Shown: positions 19,816 through 29,059, numbered from the stretch's first letter. The stretch is DNA of 64,000 bases from Longimicrobiales bacterium (GCA_035477395.1 DATIKQ010000033.1:5862-69861), one strand, 5' to 3'. Notes: generated by a model from the letters alone, not told the origin. Program-made: numbers and translations.

Positions 19816-20289
19816 TCAGCCCGCCTTCCCCACCGCCGCCAGGATGTCGTCGAAGGGGGGCATGAGGCCCGAGTCCTCCGAGACCCAGGCGTACGCCACC
19901 TTCCCGCTCCGGTCCACCACGAATGCCGCGCGCTTGGCCACGCCCTTCATCCCGTGGAAGTCGGGATAGAGCACGCCGTAGACGGTGGCCGCCTCCTTGT
20001 TGAAGTCGGACAGGATGGGAAACGGCACCCCCGTCTCCTCGGCGAACTTCCTGTTCACGAACGGGGAGTCGATGCTGATGCCCAGAACCGTGGCACCCAC
20101 GCCCTCCCACCGGGGCCAGTCCTCGGCGAGTTGGCACATTTCGGCGGTGCAGACCCGCGAGAAGGCCAGGGGAAAGAAGAGAACGACCACGGGGCTGCCG
20201 CGAAGCCCTGAAAGGGTGACGCGCGCCGGGCCCGGCGCGGGGGCCAGGGAGAAGTCGGGGGCCTGCTCGCCGACGGTGACGTGCGGCAT
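19816..20289 (-). CDS. Peroxiredoxin (AhpC/TSA-Bcp-like, 1-Cys type context)
   Basis: FFPLAFSRVCTAEM peroxidatic-Cys motif. 157 aa. Confidence 0.85.
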   Translation of the reverse strand: MPHVTVGEQAPDFSLAPAPGPARVTLSGLRGSPVVVLFFPLAFSRVCTAEMCQLAEDWPRWEGVGATVLGISIDSPFVNRKFAEETGVPFPILSDFNKEAATVYGVLYPDFHGMKGVAKRAAFVVDRSGKVAYAWVSEDSGLMPPFDDILAAVGKAG

Positions 20290-20328
20290 GGAACTCCAGG
20301 GGTCGGGGGAGAGGATGCGGCGCGTCGG

Positions 20329-20832
20329 TTACCCCCGCCCCCCGATGCGGGTGCCCGCAACGGCGCGGATGCGCTCCTCCAGACGGTGCGGCGAGTCGCT
20401 CCCCACGTAGAGGCGGGTTCCGTCCCGCAGGTGCAGCACCACGGCGTGGTTGCCCCGGGCGCTCCACACCTTTCTCCCGTCCTTCCCCCAGCGGATTCCC
20501 CAGCCCCCGAACTCGCGCAGCGGGCTGTATGTCACCGATTCAGTGCGCACGATCTGGTCGTAGCGCACCCTCTTCGAGATCAGTCCGGCGGAGCCGAGGC
20601 CCACCGTCAGGTGGTCGCGATACAGCCGAACGGACAGCCCCGCGACCAACAGTTGCACCCCCACGGCGACGCCGCCCACGACCATGGCACCCCAGAAGCG
20701 GTCCTGGTCCGAGCCCGGGCCCGTCATGGAGACGTTGGCCATGGCGATGAACATGACCCCCCAGAACATGACGAGGATCCACCCGGACCACGAGCTCCAT
20801 TCCCTGTAGACCGGCGTTTTCTGGGGATCCAT
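20329..20832 (-). CDS. Membrane protein with bacterial PH-like domain
   Basis: Two TM helices (WILVMFWGVMFIAMA, GAMVVGGVAVGVQLLVAGL), then GGWGIRWGKDGRKVWSARGNHAVVLHLRDG. ATG at 20832. Confidence 0.45.
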   Translation of the reverse strand: MDPQKTPVYREWSSWSGWILVMFWGVMFIAMANVSMTGPGSDQDRFWGAMVVGGVAVGVQLLVAGLSVRLYRDHLTVGLGSAGLISKRVRYDQIVRTESVTYSPLREFGGWGIRWGKDGRKVWSARGNHAVVLHLRDGTRLYVGSDSPHRLEERIRAVAGTRIGGRG

Positions 20833-20995
20833 GGTTCCACCTCGGGGGCACCGAATCGGGACGACGTGCGCGGCCCCACGAGAGGAGTACGGTTGCCGCC
20901 GGAGGTTTCTTCTCCCAGACTGCCCCCGACCCGGACTGCCCGGGGGGCCCCGACCGGAGCGACGCGACGTGGACGAAGGAACCAGCCACAAGGGC

Positions 20996-22447
20996 ATGCA
21001 CGGATATCAGCGCGTCGGGCCCGTCCTCGGCGCAGTGGCCTTCTTCCTCATGCTTCTGGTGCCGCCCCCGGCGACGCTCGGCTCGGAGGGGTGGCGTACC
21101 GCCGCCGTGGCCGTCCTCATGGCCACCTGGTGGATGACCGAGGCCATCCCCATCCCCGTCACGGCGCTGCTTCCGCTCGTGCTCTTCCCGGCCCTCGGCA
21201 TCCTGGCGGCCCCCGAGGCGTCGGCGCCCTATGCAAACGAACTCATCTACCTGTTCATGGGGGGCTTCCTGCTGGCGGCCGCGCTGGAGAAGTGGGGTCT
21301 CCACCGCCGCATCGCCCTGCGGATCATGTCCTGGGTGGGGACGAAGCCGAGCCAGCTGGTCCTCGGGTTCATGGTGGCCACCGCCTTCCTCTCGATGTGG
21401 ATCAGCAACACCGCCACCGCCGCCATGATGTTCCCTATCGCCCTGGCCGTAGGGGAGATGCTCCGTCCCAAGGACCACGAGGGCGTCTACCACTTCGGCA
21501 TCGCGCTCATGCTGAGCGTGGCGTACGCCGCGTCCATCGGAGGGATCGCGACGCTCATCGGCACACCGCCCAACGCCGTGCTGGCCGGGGCCGCCAGCGA
21601 GATGCTGGGGCGCCAGATCGGGTTCCTGGAGTGGATGGCCGTCGGCGTCCCCGTCACGGCCCTGATGATCCCGCTGGCCTGGCTGCTCCTCGTGAAGGTG
21701 ATGCACCCCCCGGGGAAGCTCTCCGGCGACGCCGCGGAGATCATCGAGGCCGAGCGCGCCAAGCTCGGTCCCATGTCGAAGGGCGAAAGGGTCACGGCCA
21801 CGGTCTTCGCCCTCACGGCGCTGGCCTGGGTGATGCGCGAGGAGAAGGATCTGGGCGCCTTCGTCATCCCGGGCATCGAGACCTGGATGCCCGCGGTCCG
21901 TGATTCCACCATCGCCATGCTGGCGGCGGCGGTCCTCTTCGTCTGGCCCACGGACTGGAAGAAGGGTGAGTTCGCCCTGGACTGGAAGACGGCCCGGAAG
22001 ATCGAGTGGGGTGTCCTTGTCCTCTTCGGCGGCGGCCTCTCCCTGGCCGCGGCCATGGACCAGTCGGGGGTGGCCGCTTGGATCGGGGGAGTCGTCGCCC
22101 AGCTCGGGAACGTCCCCGAATGGGTGGCGGTGGTCGCCGTCGCGACGCTCCTCATCTTCCTCACCGAGCTCACGTCCAACGTGGCGGTCACAGCCATGGC
22201 CATGCCCGTCATGGCGGGAACAGCGGCCGCGCTCGGCATTGACCCCATGCTCCTCATGACGACGGCCGCAATCGGCGCGTCCATGGCCTTCATGCTTCCC
22301 GTGGCCACGCCGCCCAACGCCATCGTGTTCAGCTCGGGCTACCTGACCGTCCCCCAGATGGCCCGGGTGGGGTTCTTCCTGAACCTCATCGCCATCGTCG
22401 TCGTGACGATCCTCTCCGAGACGCTCATCCCCCTCTTCCTCCTCTGA
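20996..22447 (+). CDS. DASS/SLC13-family anion:sodium symporter
   Basis: About 483 aa and polytopic. N-terminal ATWWMTEAIPIPVTALLP and C-terminal repeat TELTSNVAVTAM...LPVATPPNAI are typical of the family. Confidence 0.8.
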   Translation: MHGYQRVGPVLGAVAFFLMLLVPPPATLGSEGWRTAAVAVLMATWWMTEAIPIPVTALLPLVLFPALGILAAPEASAPYANELIYLFMGGFLLAAALEKWGLHRRIALRIMSWVGTKPSQLVLGFMVATAFLSMWISNTATAAMMFPIALAVGEMLRPKDHEGVYHFGIALMLSVAYAASIGGIATLIGTPPNAVLAGAASEMLGRQIGFLEWMAVGVPVTALMIPLAWLLLVKVMHPPGKLSGDAAEIIEAERAKLGPMSKGERVTATVFALTALAWVMREEKDLGAFVIPGIETWMPAVRDSTIAMLAAAVLFVWPTDWKKGEFALDWKTARKIEWGVLVLFGGGLSLAAAMDQSGVAAWIGGVVAQLGNVPEWVAVVAVATLLIFLTELTSNVAVTAMAMPVMAGTAAALGIDPMLLMTTAAIGASMAFMLPVATPPNAIVFSSGYLTVPQMARVGFFLNLIAIVVVTILSETLIPLFLL

Positions 22448-22462
22448 GGGAGGGGCGGAGGC

Positions 22463-23419
22463 TCAGCGGACCGTGCACGACGTCGCGCCGCCGCAGGGCC
22501 TGGCCACCATGATCCCGTCCTGACCCCGGATCCGCCGCACGCGCGTCGGAATCGGTTCCGCGCTGATCTCCACCGAGTCCCCCACCAGCGGGGCGTGCAT
22601 CAGCCTGAGCGAGCCGTCCACCCAGAGCGCCAGTCCCGTGTGCGCCACGTCCATCCCCGGCGCCGTGCTCGTCGCGGCGATGATGTCCCCATCCCGGATC
22701 CCCGCACTTGCCGCCTCCAACGCGTCCTCCGGAATCCACCAACGCCCGGCCGCGCTGAGGCGCTGCTCGACCTGCTGCACCGCCTCCAACGCCGACGAAT
22801 CCTCCATGAGCTGACGATAGGCGTCCCGGTGGGTGGTCATGAAGTCCACCACCCCCGTGTCCCGCACGCCGCCGAGCTCCCGTGTGACGTCCCGCACCAG
22901 CCCTTTCGCCTCTCCATCGGCGATCCAATCGGAGAAGTAGTGAAGCCGGCTGGGGTAGCCCCGGAGCTCGCCCCCCCTGTAGCGGATCCGGGTCAGGATC
23001 CGTTCGTAGCGCTCCTCGGCCTCCCCGCGCCGCTCCAGGAGTTGCCGGGCATCGGGTTCGCGGATGAAGCCGGTCAGGGCGAGGACGTTCTCCACGAACG
23101 TGACGCAGTCCAGCCCGCGGAAGCCGATCACGAGCCTCTCCGGACCGGGTGGCTCCAGCGTGTGGGGCACGTAGGGGGTCCCTACGAAGGTGCGGCCGAT
23201 GGCCGCCATGGCGGCCCCCATGGGCACCGTGTCCAGACCCTGCCCGAGGGCCCACGCCGCCTTCCCGTGGAATGCGGCCCATTCGGCGTCGTCCCAGGGC
23301 GCTCGGGTGGCGGGGCGAGCGGCCGCGGCCAGGAGCAGCGCCGTAGACAGCGCTGCGACCGCGCGCCCGAGGGCTCGGCTCCGGGTCCTGGCTCGTCCCC
23401 ATCCTGGCGCGGGATGCAT
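22463..23419 (-). CDS. DUF1460-like (N-acetylmuramoyl-L-alanine amidase-like) secreted protein
   Basis: Signal-like N-terminus. GTPYVPHTLE...GLDCVTFVENVLAL motif block recalled from the DUF1460 family. Confidence 0.45.
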   Translation of the reverse strand: MHPAPGWGRARTRSRALGRAVAALSTALLLAAAARPATRAPWDDAEWAAFHGKAAWALGQGLDTVPMGAAMAAIGRTFVGTPYVPHTLEPPGPERLVIGFRGLDCVTFVENVLALTGFIREPDARQLLERRGEAEERYERILTRIRYRGGELRGYPSRLHYFSDWIADGEAKGLVRDVTRELGGVRDTGVVDFMTTHRDAYRQLMEDSSALEAVQQVEQRLSAAGRWWIPEDALEAASAGIRDGDIIAATSTAPGMDVAHTGLALWVDGSLRLMHAPLVGDSVEISAEPIPTRVRRIRGQDGIMVARPCGGATSCTVR

Positions 23420-23621
23420 ATCTGTAACGGTCAGTCCGACTTGTGGTTACATGGAATGCGGACACCGGGTCCCTGCCCCGCGTGACGTCCTCCCCGGGGG
23501 TCCGAACGGTGGAAGCTAGGCTGTGCCGGCCGGCGGCGGCAACGCTCCCGGGACGTGAACCCCCCGGTCCCGGGCGGGTAATCCCGGGTCCGATGCCCCC
23601 TTCCCGCAGGAGAACACGAGC

Positions 23622-24038
23622 ATGCCATACCCCGAGTTCATGTTGGCGCCCATGCGCCAGGACCTCGTCAACGTGGGCTTCACCGAGCTTCGGACCCCTG
23701 CGGACGTGGACGAGATCCTGGGGAAGGAGAGGAGGACGACACTCCTGGCGGTGAACTCGGTGTGCGGCTGCGCCGCAGCCATGATGCGGCCGGCCGTGTA
23801 CCTCTCCCTACAGGGCGAGAAGAGGCCCGAAGTCCTCACCACCGTCTTCGCCGGCCAGGACCTCGACGCCACCGACCGGGCCCGCCACTACATCGTTGGG
23901 TATCCCCCCTCCTCCCCCTCCGTCGCACTCTTCAAGGACGGGGAGTTGGTGCACTTCATGGAGCGGCACCGGATCGAGGGCCGCCACCCGGAGGACATCG
24001 CAGCCGACCTGCGCGAGGCCTACTCCCGGTTCTGCTGA
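23622..24038 (+). CDS. Bacilliredoxin (BrxA/BrxB, YphP/YqiW, DUF1094 family)
   Basis: 138 aa. MPYPEFMLAPMRQDL...LLAVNSVCGCAA with the CGC redox motif. Confidence 0.8.
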   Translation: MPYPEFMLAPMRQDLVNVGFTELRTPADVDEILGKERRTTLLAVNSVCGCAAAMMRPAVYLSLQGEKRPEVLTTVFAGQDLDATDRARHYIVGYPPSSPSVALFKDGELVHFMERHRIEGRHPEDIAADLREAYSRFC

Positions 24039-24065
24039 TCCGAGCCCACAGACCACCTGTGCGAC

Positions 24066-24096
24066 AGGCCGCGGGGGCTCCGAGCCCCCGCGGCCT
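24066..24096. terminator. Strong bidirectional terminator hairpin
   Basis: aggccgcgggggc / tccga / gcccccgcggcct gives a perfect 13-bp stem between convergent genes. Confidence 0.7.
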
Positions 24097-24128
24097 CCTC
24101 GTGCCCTGCGGCAGGCGCGCCGCCTTCT

Positions 24129-24815
24129 CTAGGAATCCCCAAACCTGCGGCGGTCCCGGGATTCCTGCTTCCTGCGCCGGCGCGCGTCCCGGGCGCTCTC
24201 TCCGGGATGGCGCACCGAGATGTCCACGCCCCCCATCACGGCCAGCCCGGCGATGCGCAGCGTGGGCGCGGACGGGTCGTGGTCCTGCTCTCCCGCATCC
24301 TCGAAGCCGCCCATGATCCCGATGCCGTGGCTCTCCACGTTGACGCCCGGAGGCACGATGATGTCCACGCCGCCCATGATGGCGAGCACCTGCACCTGCG
24401 TGACACCCCGCGGAAGCGCGGCTTCCCGGAAGTCCAGCTCCGCACCCCCCATGAGGGTGAAGGCGAAGTTCGTGCGGGCAGGGCTCCAGTGCCCCTTCCG
24501 GATCGCGCCGCCCATGACGGCGACCACGAATCCCTGGTCCCTCTCGTGGGCAGCCGGAACGACCCGCCGCCGGGCCCGTGGCCCCGGCACGGTGCCGCCC
24601 GAGCGCACCGCGGGCAGGTTCATCTCGGGAAGATCCTGGAGTAGCCGCCGCAACTCGTCCACCGATGCGGCCCGGTGTGCCACCTCCACGCGCCGCTCGA
24701 ACTCCTCCACCGGAATGGCGTCGTTGGCGAAGTGCTCGCAGAGCGCGTCGATGGTGGCCTGCCGTGTCTCGCCGAGCGGCTTGGCGCCCGGACTACTCCC
24801 CGCTCCCGTCTCCAT
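24129..24815 (-). CDS. DUF1707 (SHOCT-like) + LiaF-C-terminal-like repeat protein
   Basis: N-terminal IDALCEHFANDAIPVEEFERRVEVAHRAASVDELRRLLQDL. Five xMGG beta-repeat units (VMGGA, LMGGA, IMGGV, IMGGF, VMGGV). Confidence 0.6.
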   Translation of the reverse strand: METGAGSSPGAKPLGETRQATIDALCEHFANDAIPVEEFERRVEVAHRAASVDELRRLLQDLPEMNLPAVRSGGTVPGPRARRRVVPAAHERDQGFVVAVMGGAIRKGHWSPARTNFAFTLMGGAELDFREAALPRGVTQVQVLAIMGGVDIIVPPGVNVESHGIGIMGGFEDAGEQDHDPSAPTLRIAGLAVMGGVDISVRHPGESARDARRRRKQESRDRRRFGDS

Positions 24816-24836
24816 GCTCCTCCAATGCCCTCCGCC

Positions 24837-26510
24837 TCAGCCCGTGGGACGCTCGTAGGCGACCTGCCCGTCCACCACCGTCATGTCTACGCGCGTGTCC
24901 CCCAGAGTCTTCGGGTCCTGGCGCGTCACATCCCGGTCGAGGATCACGAGGTCGGCCAGCATCCCCGTCGCGATTCGCCCCACGCGGTCCTCCATGAACC
25001 CAGCCTTCGCGCCGCCCTCGGTGTACGCCCGAAGCGTCTCATCCACCGTGATCTTCTGCTCCGGCACCCACCCCTCCGGGTTGGCGCCGTCGAAGGTGCG
25101 CCGGGTCACCGCTGCATCCAGGCCCAGGATGGGATCGATGGGTGCCACCGTCCAATCCGATCCGAACGCGAGCGTCGCGCCGGCGTCCAGGAGAGAGCGG
25201 AAGGCGTACGTCGTCTTGATGCGCTCGGGCCCGATGCGCTTCTGCGCCCAACGCCCGTCGTCGGCTGCGTGGTAGGGCTGCATCGCGGCGATGACGCCGA
25301 TCTCCGCGAACCGGGAGAGGGCCGCCGGGCTGAGGTGCTGGGCGTGCTCGATGCGGAACCTCCGGTCCCGCGGCCCGTGGGCCGCGGCCACGTCCCCGTA
25401 GACGCCCAGGAGCCAATCGTTGGCGGCGTCGCCGATGGCGTGCACCAGGATCTGGAGTCCCGCGGCATCACCCGCCTCAATCATGGTGCGGAGCTCGGCC
25501 GAGTCCGTCACCATCAGGCCGGAGGTGCCGGGTTCGTCGTCGTAGGGCTCGTGGAACCACGCAGTGGTGGAGCCCAGGGACCCGTCCACGAAGGCCTTCA
25601 ATCCACCCCACCAGAGCCGGTCGTCACCCCGGCCGTTCGCCGCCACGAAGTCGCGCAGGCGCTCCCAGGTGGAGAGTTGCACCACCGAGTACACGCGCAG
25701 GGGCAGCTCGCCCCGCGCGTGGGCTCTCCGATAGGTCTCGAGATTGTCCCAGCCCGCCATGTCGTGGATCTGGGTGACACCCCGCTCCAGGGCGTGCCGG
25801 GCAGCGGCCTGCAGCGCCCTGTCCAGGTCGGCCTCGGACGGCTCGGGAATCGCTCGCCCCACGATGCCCATGGCCTCGTCCTTGAAGACGCCCGCGGGCG
25901 CACCGGTGCGGGCATCCCTCACGATCGTGCCCCCCTCCGGGTCGGCCATGCGTCCCTGGGCATCCACGCCGGCCAGGCGCAGGGCCACGCTGTTGGCCAG
26001 AGACATGTGCCCGTCCAGGCGATTCACGAACACCGGATGGTCGGGAGTCACCGAGTCCACCCACTCTTTCCGGGGGAGCTCGCCACCCCACAGCTCGTGG
26101 TCCCAATCCCCACCCGTGATCCACGTGCCGGCGGGCACGGTTTTCGCGAACTCGCCGATCCTGCGGGCGAACTCCTCCGGCGTGGACGCGTCGCGGAGGT
26201 CCACGCCGGCGAGCTTGAAGCCCCCGTCGAGGAAGTGGGTGTGGGAGTCGATGAACCCGGGCATGAGCATGCGCCCCGCCAGGTCCACCACCCTGGTGGA
26301 ATCCCCCACCAACTCCTCCACCTCGGCGTCGGTGCCCACGGCTAAGATGCGGCCGTCCTTCACCGCCACGGCGGTGGCGGACGGTGCAGCGGGGTCACCG
26401 GTCCAGACCGCACCCCCGCGGAACACCAGGTCCGCCATGCCCTCTTCAGGGGCCGTGCACCCCGATGCGAAGAGCACGCCCGCGGCGACAACAGCCCACA
26501 CCCTCTTCAT
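24837..26510 (-). CDS. Amidohydrolase-family (Amidohydro_3-like) metallo-hydrolase lipoprotein
   Basis: Lipobox VLFASGC. Metal-binding FIDSHTHF, and later VHAIGD and IEHAQH. Confidence 0.75.
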   Translation of the reverse strand: MKRVWAVVAAGVLFASGCTAPEEGMADLVFRGGAVWTGDPAAPSATAVAVKDGRILAVGTDAEVEELVGDSTRVVDLAGRMLMPGFIDSHTHFLDGGFKLAGVDLRDASTPEEFARRIGEFAKTVPAGTWITGGDWDHELWGGELPRKEWVDSVTPDHPVFVNRLDGHMSLANSVALRLAGVDAQGRMADPEGGTIVRDARTGAPAGVFKDEAMGIVGRAIPEPSEADLDRALQAAARHALERGVTQIHDMAGWDNLETYRRAHARGELPLRVYSVVQLSTWERLRDFVAANGRGDDRLWWGGLKAFVDGSLGSTTAWFHEPYDDEPGTSGLMVTDSAELRTMIEAGDAAGLQILVHAIGDAANDWLLGVYGDVAAAHGPRDRRFRIEHAQHLSPAALSRFAEIGVIAAMQPYHAADDGRWAQKRIGPERIKTTYAFRSLLDAGATLAFGSDWTVAPIDPILGLDAAVTRRTFDGANPEGWVPEQKITVDETLRAYTEGGAKAGFMEDRVGRIATGMLADLVILDRDVTRQDPKTLGDTRVDMTVVDGQVAYERPTG

Positions 26511-26703
26511 GAGGACCCCTCCCTTGGAAGCAGCTCGGGCCCCGACTCGTGCGGCGCACTGGGCGGGCCCGGGGTGAGGTTACCCGGACCTCCGGGGGGG
26601 GGCAAGCAGTATGAGGTGGCGGAGATCAGCGCCCCGGGGCATCTTCTGGTCGGCGAATCGCGCCGCCGCCCCCGCAGCCTGCCAATGAGCCGAGGACACC
26701 AGG

Positions 26704-27102
26704 ATGCCCTTCCGCCTTCACCCTCGTCACGCTGTCCTGCTCTGCCTGCTGGTGCTCGGCATCACGGGCTGCGCCTCGACAGGAGGGACGGGCGCCGGCG
26801 GGCAGCCGGGCGGCCACCGCGCCTCCAACCGCATCGACGCCGCCGAGCTCGCCCCGCTCGCGGAGCTGGACGTCCACCAGGTGATCAGCCGCGTCCGCCC
26901 CGGCTGGCTGCGGGGCGGGCCGCAGGGTCAGTTGCCCGTGATCGTCCTGGACGGGTCACCCCAGACGAGTGGCCCCGAGATGTTGGGCACGTTCCGCGCC
27001 GCGGACGTCACCGCCCTCGAGTACATGAGCGCCAGCGACGCCACCACCCGCTTCGGCACGGGGTACTCCGGCGGCGCCATCCTCGTCACAACGAAGCACT
27101 AG
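26704..27102 (+). CDS. Stand-alone TonB-dependent-receptor plug-like lipoprotein, copy 1
   Basis: Lipobox LVLGITGC. VISRVRPGWL...VIVLDGSP...VTALEYMSASDATTRFGTGYSGGAILVTTK parallels the plug-domain consensus (vDG...ie.ie.l.g..a...yG..a.gG.I.i.TK). Confidence 0.6.
   Translation: MPFRLHPRHAVLLCLLVLGITGCASTGGTGAGGQPGGHRASNRIDAAELAPLAELDVHQVISRVRPGWLRGGPQGQLPVIVLDGSPQTSGPEMLGTFRAADVTALEYMSASDATTRFGTGYSGGAILVTTKH
27037..27061 (+). repeat. 25-nt identical direct repeat, copy A (in plug-like gene 1)
   Basis: gacgccaccacccgcttcggcacgg, in frame, encoding DATTRFGT. Confidence 0.9.
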
Positions 27103-27111
27103 GAGCGCACC

Positions 27112-27501
27112 ATGACGCTTCGGCACACCGTGCGGACCACGCTCCCTCTCCTGCTCCTCGCCCTCGCCGCGGCAGCCTGCTCCACCCGTGCGGGGTCGGC
27201 GGGTGCCACCCCGGCGAGGAGCTCCATGGAGCGAATCACCGAAGCGGAGTTGGAGCCCATCGCGCAGCTGTCGGCATTCGAGGCCATCCAGCGCCTGCGT
27301 CCCCGCTGGCTGCAGTCCCGGACGGGGTTGCTCCCCACGGTCCATGTGGACGGCAGCGTCCGCGGCGATGGCGAGGAGATCCTCGCTTCCATCCCCTCCT
27401 CGGAGGTGGAGGGGATGCAGTACCTGAGCGCCTCGGACGCCACCACCCGCTTCGGCACGGACTACGCCAGCGGCGCGATCCTGATCACCACCAAGAAGTA
27501 G
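27112..27501 (+). CDS. Stand-alone TonB-dependent-receptor plug-like lipoprotein, copy 2 (paralog)
   Basis: Lipobox LALAAAAC. AIQRLRPRWL...VHVDGS...VEGMQYLSASDATTRFGTDYASGAILITTK. Lies 9 nt after copy 1. Confidence 0.6.
   Translation: MTLRHTVRTTLPLLLLALAAAACSTRAGSAGATPARSSMERITEAELEPIAQLSAFEAIQRLRPRWLQSRTGLLPTVHVDGSVRGDGEEILASIPSSEVEGMQYLSASDATTRFGTDYASGAILITTKK
27436..27460 (+). repeat. 25-nt identical direct repeat, copy B (in plug-like gene 2)
   Basis: The same 25-mer gacgccaccacccgcttcggcacgg, in frame, 399 nt downstream of copy A. Confidence 0.9.
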
Positions 27502-27519
27502 GGCGCGAAGTCCGGAGCG

Positions 27520-28704
27520 CTACGAGGCTGCGCCTCCCGCCAGAGCCCGGGCAAAACGCTCCAGCACGTCGGCGCACGCTCCGATCTGGGCGACCTCGAT
27601 CCACTCGTCGGCACAGTGCGCCTGGGCGATGTCCCCGGGCCCGTAGCACACGGCCGGGATCCCCGCCTCGTTGAGGAATGCCGCGTCCACCCACGCGGTC
27701 ATCCCTGTCACCGCCCTGGGAACGCCCACCGCATCCCCGGCCTCGAGGAGCCCCTGCACCAAGCGGGAGGAGACCGGCACCTCGGTCCCCGGCCGCTCCA
27801 GCGTCACCTCCAACGATGCGACCAGCGAAGGCTCGCCCCCGGCCAGCCCCGCCATCACGCTTCGGAAGTCCGCGAGCACGTCGGCGGTCGTCTCTCCCGG
27901 AAGGGTCCGCCGTTCGATGAGGAGCTCGCAGGCGTCGGGATAGACGGACTCGGCAGTCCCGCCCCTGATGGTCCCCGCGTGGAACGAGCCGTGTCCGAGG
28001 AGGGGGTGCTCGGGCCGTCCGTTCAGCTCGGCTGCATAGGCGTCCAACGCCGCCAGATACAGGCCGGCGTGGCGGATGGCGTCCACGCCCAACTCCGGGC
28101 GCGAGCCATGGGCGGCTCGCCCCTCGAACAGAGCGCGCACCCACACGAACCCCTTGTGGGCGGGCATCACCGCCAGCGTGGTGGGCTCGCATACGACCGC
28201 CAGGTCCGCCGACACGCCGGAGCGAACCAGGGCGTCCATGCCCAGGCTCGCATGCTCCTCGTCGGCGGTGAGCGCCACCACGAGGCGCGGTCTCGGCCCA
28301 CCGCACGCCAGGCGTGCCGCGGCCGCCAGGAGCGCGGCCACGCCCCCCTTCATGTCGCAGGATCCCCGTCCCTGGAGGATCCCCGCGTGCACGGGACCAC
28401 CGAAGGGCGGCACGGACATCCCCTCCACCCCCACCGTGTCCAGGTGCCCGTTGAGGAGGAGGGTGGGCCCGTCGCCATCCAGGGTGGCCACCACGTTGCA
28501 GCGGCCCGGGGCGACCTCCACCACCTTCGTGTCCAGGCCCCACGCCGTCAGCCAGTCGGCGCAGGTTCCGGCCATCTCGGCTTCCCCCGCACCCCCGGGA
28601 GACAGCGTCGGATTCACCGAGGGGATCGCGACGAGGGCCTGCGTCAGGGCTACTGCGTCCCCCTCCCGCGCTCGCTTCAGGACGTCCCGCTCCACCGCGC
28701 TCAT
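27520..28704 (-). CDS. M20-family metallopeptidase / deacylase (ArgE/DapE-like)
   Basis: LLLNGHLDTVGV, GRGSCDMKGG and LTADEEHAS motifs. ATG 28704 (MSAVERDVL) is preferred over the longer ORF. Confidence 0.85.
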   Translation of the reverse strand: MSAVERDVLKRAREGDAVALTQALVAIPSVNPTLSPGGAGEAEMAGTCADWLTAWGLDTKVVEVAPGRCNVVATLDGDGPTLLLNGHLDTVGVEGMSVPPFGGPVHAGILQGRGSCDMKGGVAALLAAAARLACGGPRPRLVVALTADEEHASLGMDALVRSGVSADLAVVCEPTTLAVMPAHKGFVWVRALFEGRAAHGSRPELGVDAIRHAGLYLAALDAYAAELNGRPEHPLLGHGSFHAGTIRGGTAESVYPDACELLIERRTLPGETTADVLADFRSVMAGLAGGEPSLVASLEVTLERPGTEVPVSSRLVQGLLEAGDAVGVPRAVTGMTAWVDAAFLNEAGIPAVCYGPGDIAQAHCADEWIEVAQIGACADVLERFARALAGGAAS

Positions 28705-28888
28705 GTCACAATCTCCTCTTGGAGGACTCAGTTTTCCGAGGATCGGACGTGCAAAGCTGAGGCGCAAGTCTCCGTCGGACCACGATTTCCGCCTTGGTGC
28801 GCCACGTTTCCCGACCCCGGGATCCGCCGGCCGTTGGCATGATTCGTGCTGTGGCCTTCGCTGGACGTACCCCCTAAGGAGCACGAGC

Positions 28889-29059
28889 ATGAAAGCCCTC
28901 ACCGTCGGTCTCATCGGCGCTGCCGCTCTGGTGGCCGGCATCCTCATCGTCCGTGAGATCCGGGCCGGCGAGGAACCATCCCGGTCCCGCGAGCTCCGCG
29001 CTGGCGAATCCGAGCCCTCCTACCTGTCCTTGGAGCGCATCCGGAAACTCGGCTACTGA
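28889..29059 (+). CDS. Small (56-aa) single-TM protein, unknown function
   Basis: ATG lies 7 nt after AAGGAG. MKALTVGLIGAAALVAGILIV TM helix followed by a charged tail. A hairpin follows downstream. Confidence 0.5.
   Translation: MKALTVGLIGAAALVAGILIVREIRAGEEPSRSRELRAGESEPSYLSLERIRKLGY

Noticed and set aside
20281-22323. ORFs 20281-21903 (+), 20540-21706 (-) and 21487-22323 (-) overlapping the DASS transporter and PH-domain genes.
   Set aside because: The transporter frame gives a clean polytopic SLC13-like protein. The others are Arg/Pro/Gly-rich shadows.
23423-23451. Inverted repeat TGTAAC-N17-GTTACA in the DUF1460/bacilliredoxin divergent spacer.
   Set aside because: The arms are only 6 bp with a long spacer, which is expected by chance in an AT-richer promoter patch. 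It may simply be -35/-10-like hexamers and is not strong enough to call.
24675-26345. 556-aa plus-strand ORF opposite the amidohydrolase gene.
   Set aside because: It has no motifs, is antisense to a gene with a lipobox and HxH metal site, and has shadow composition.
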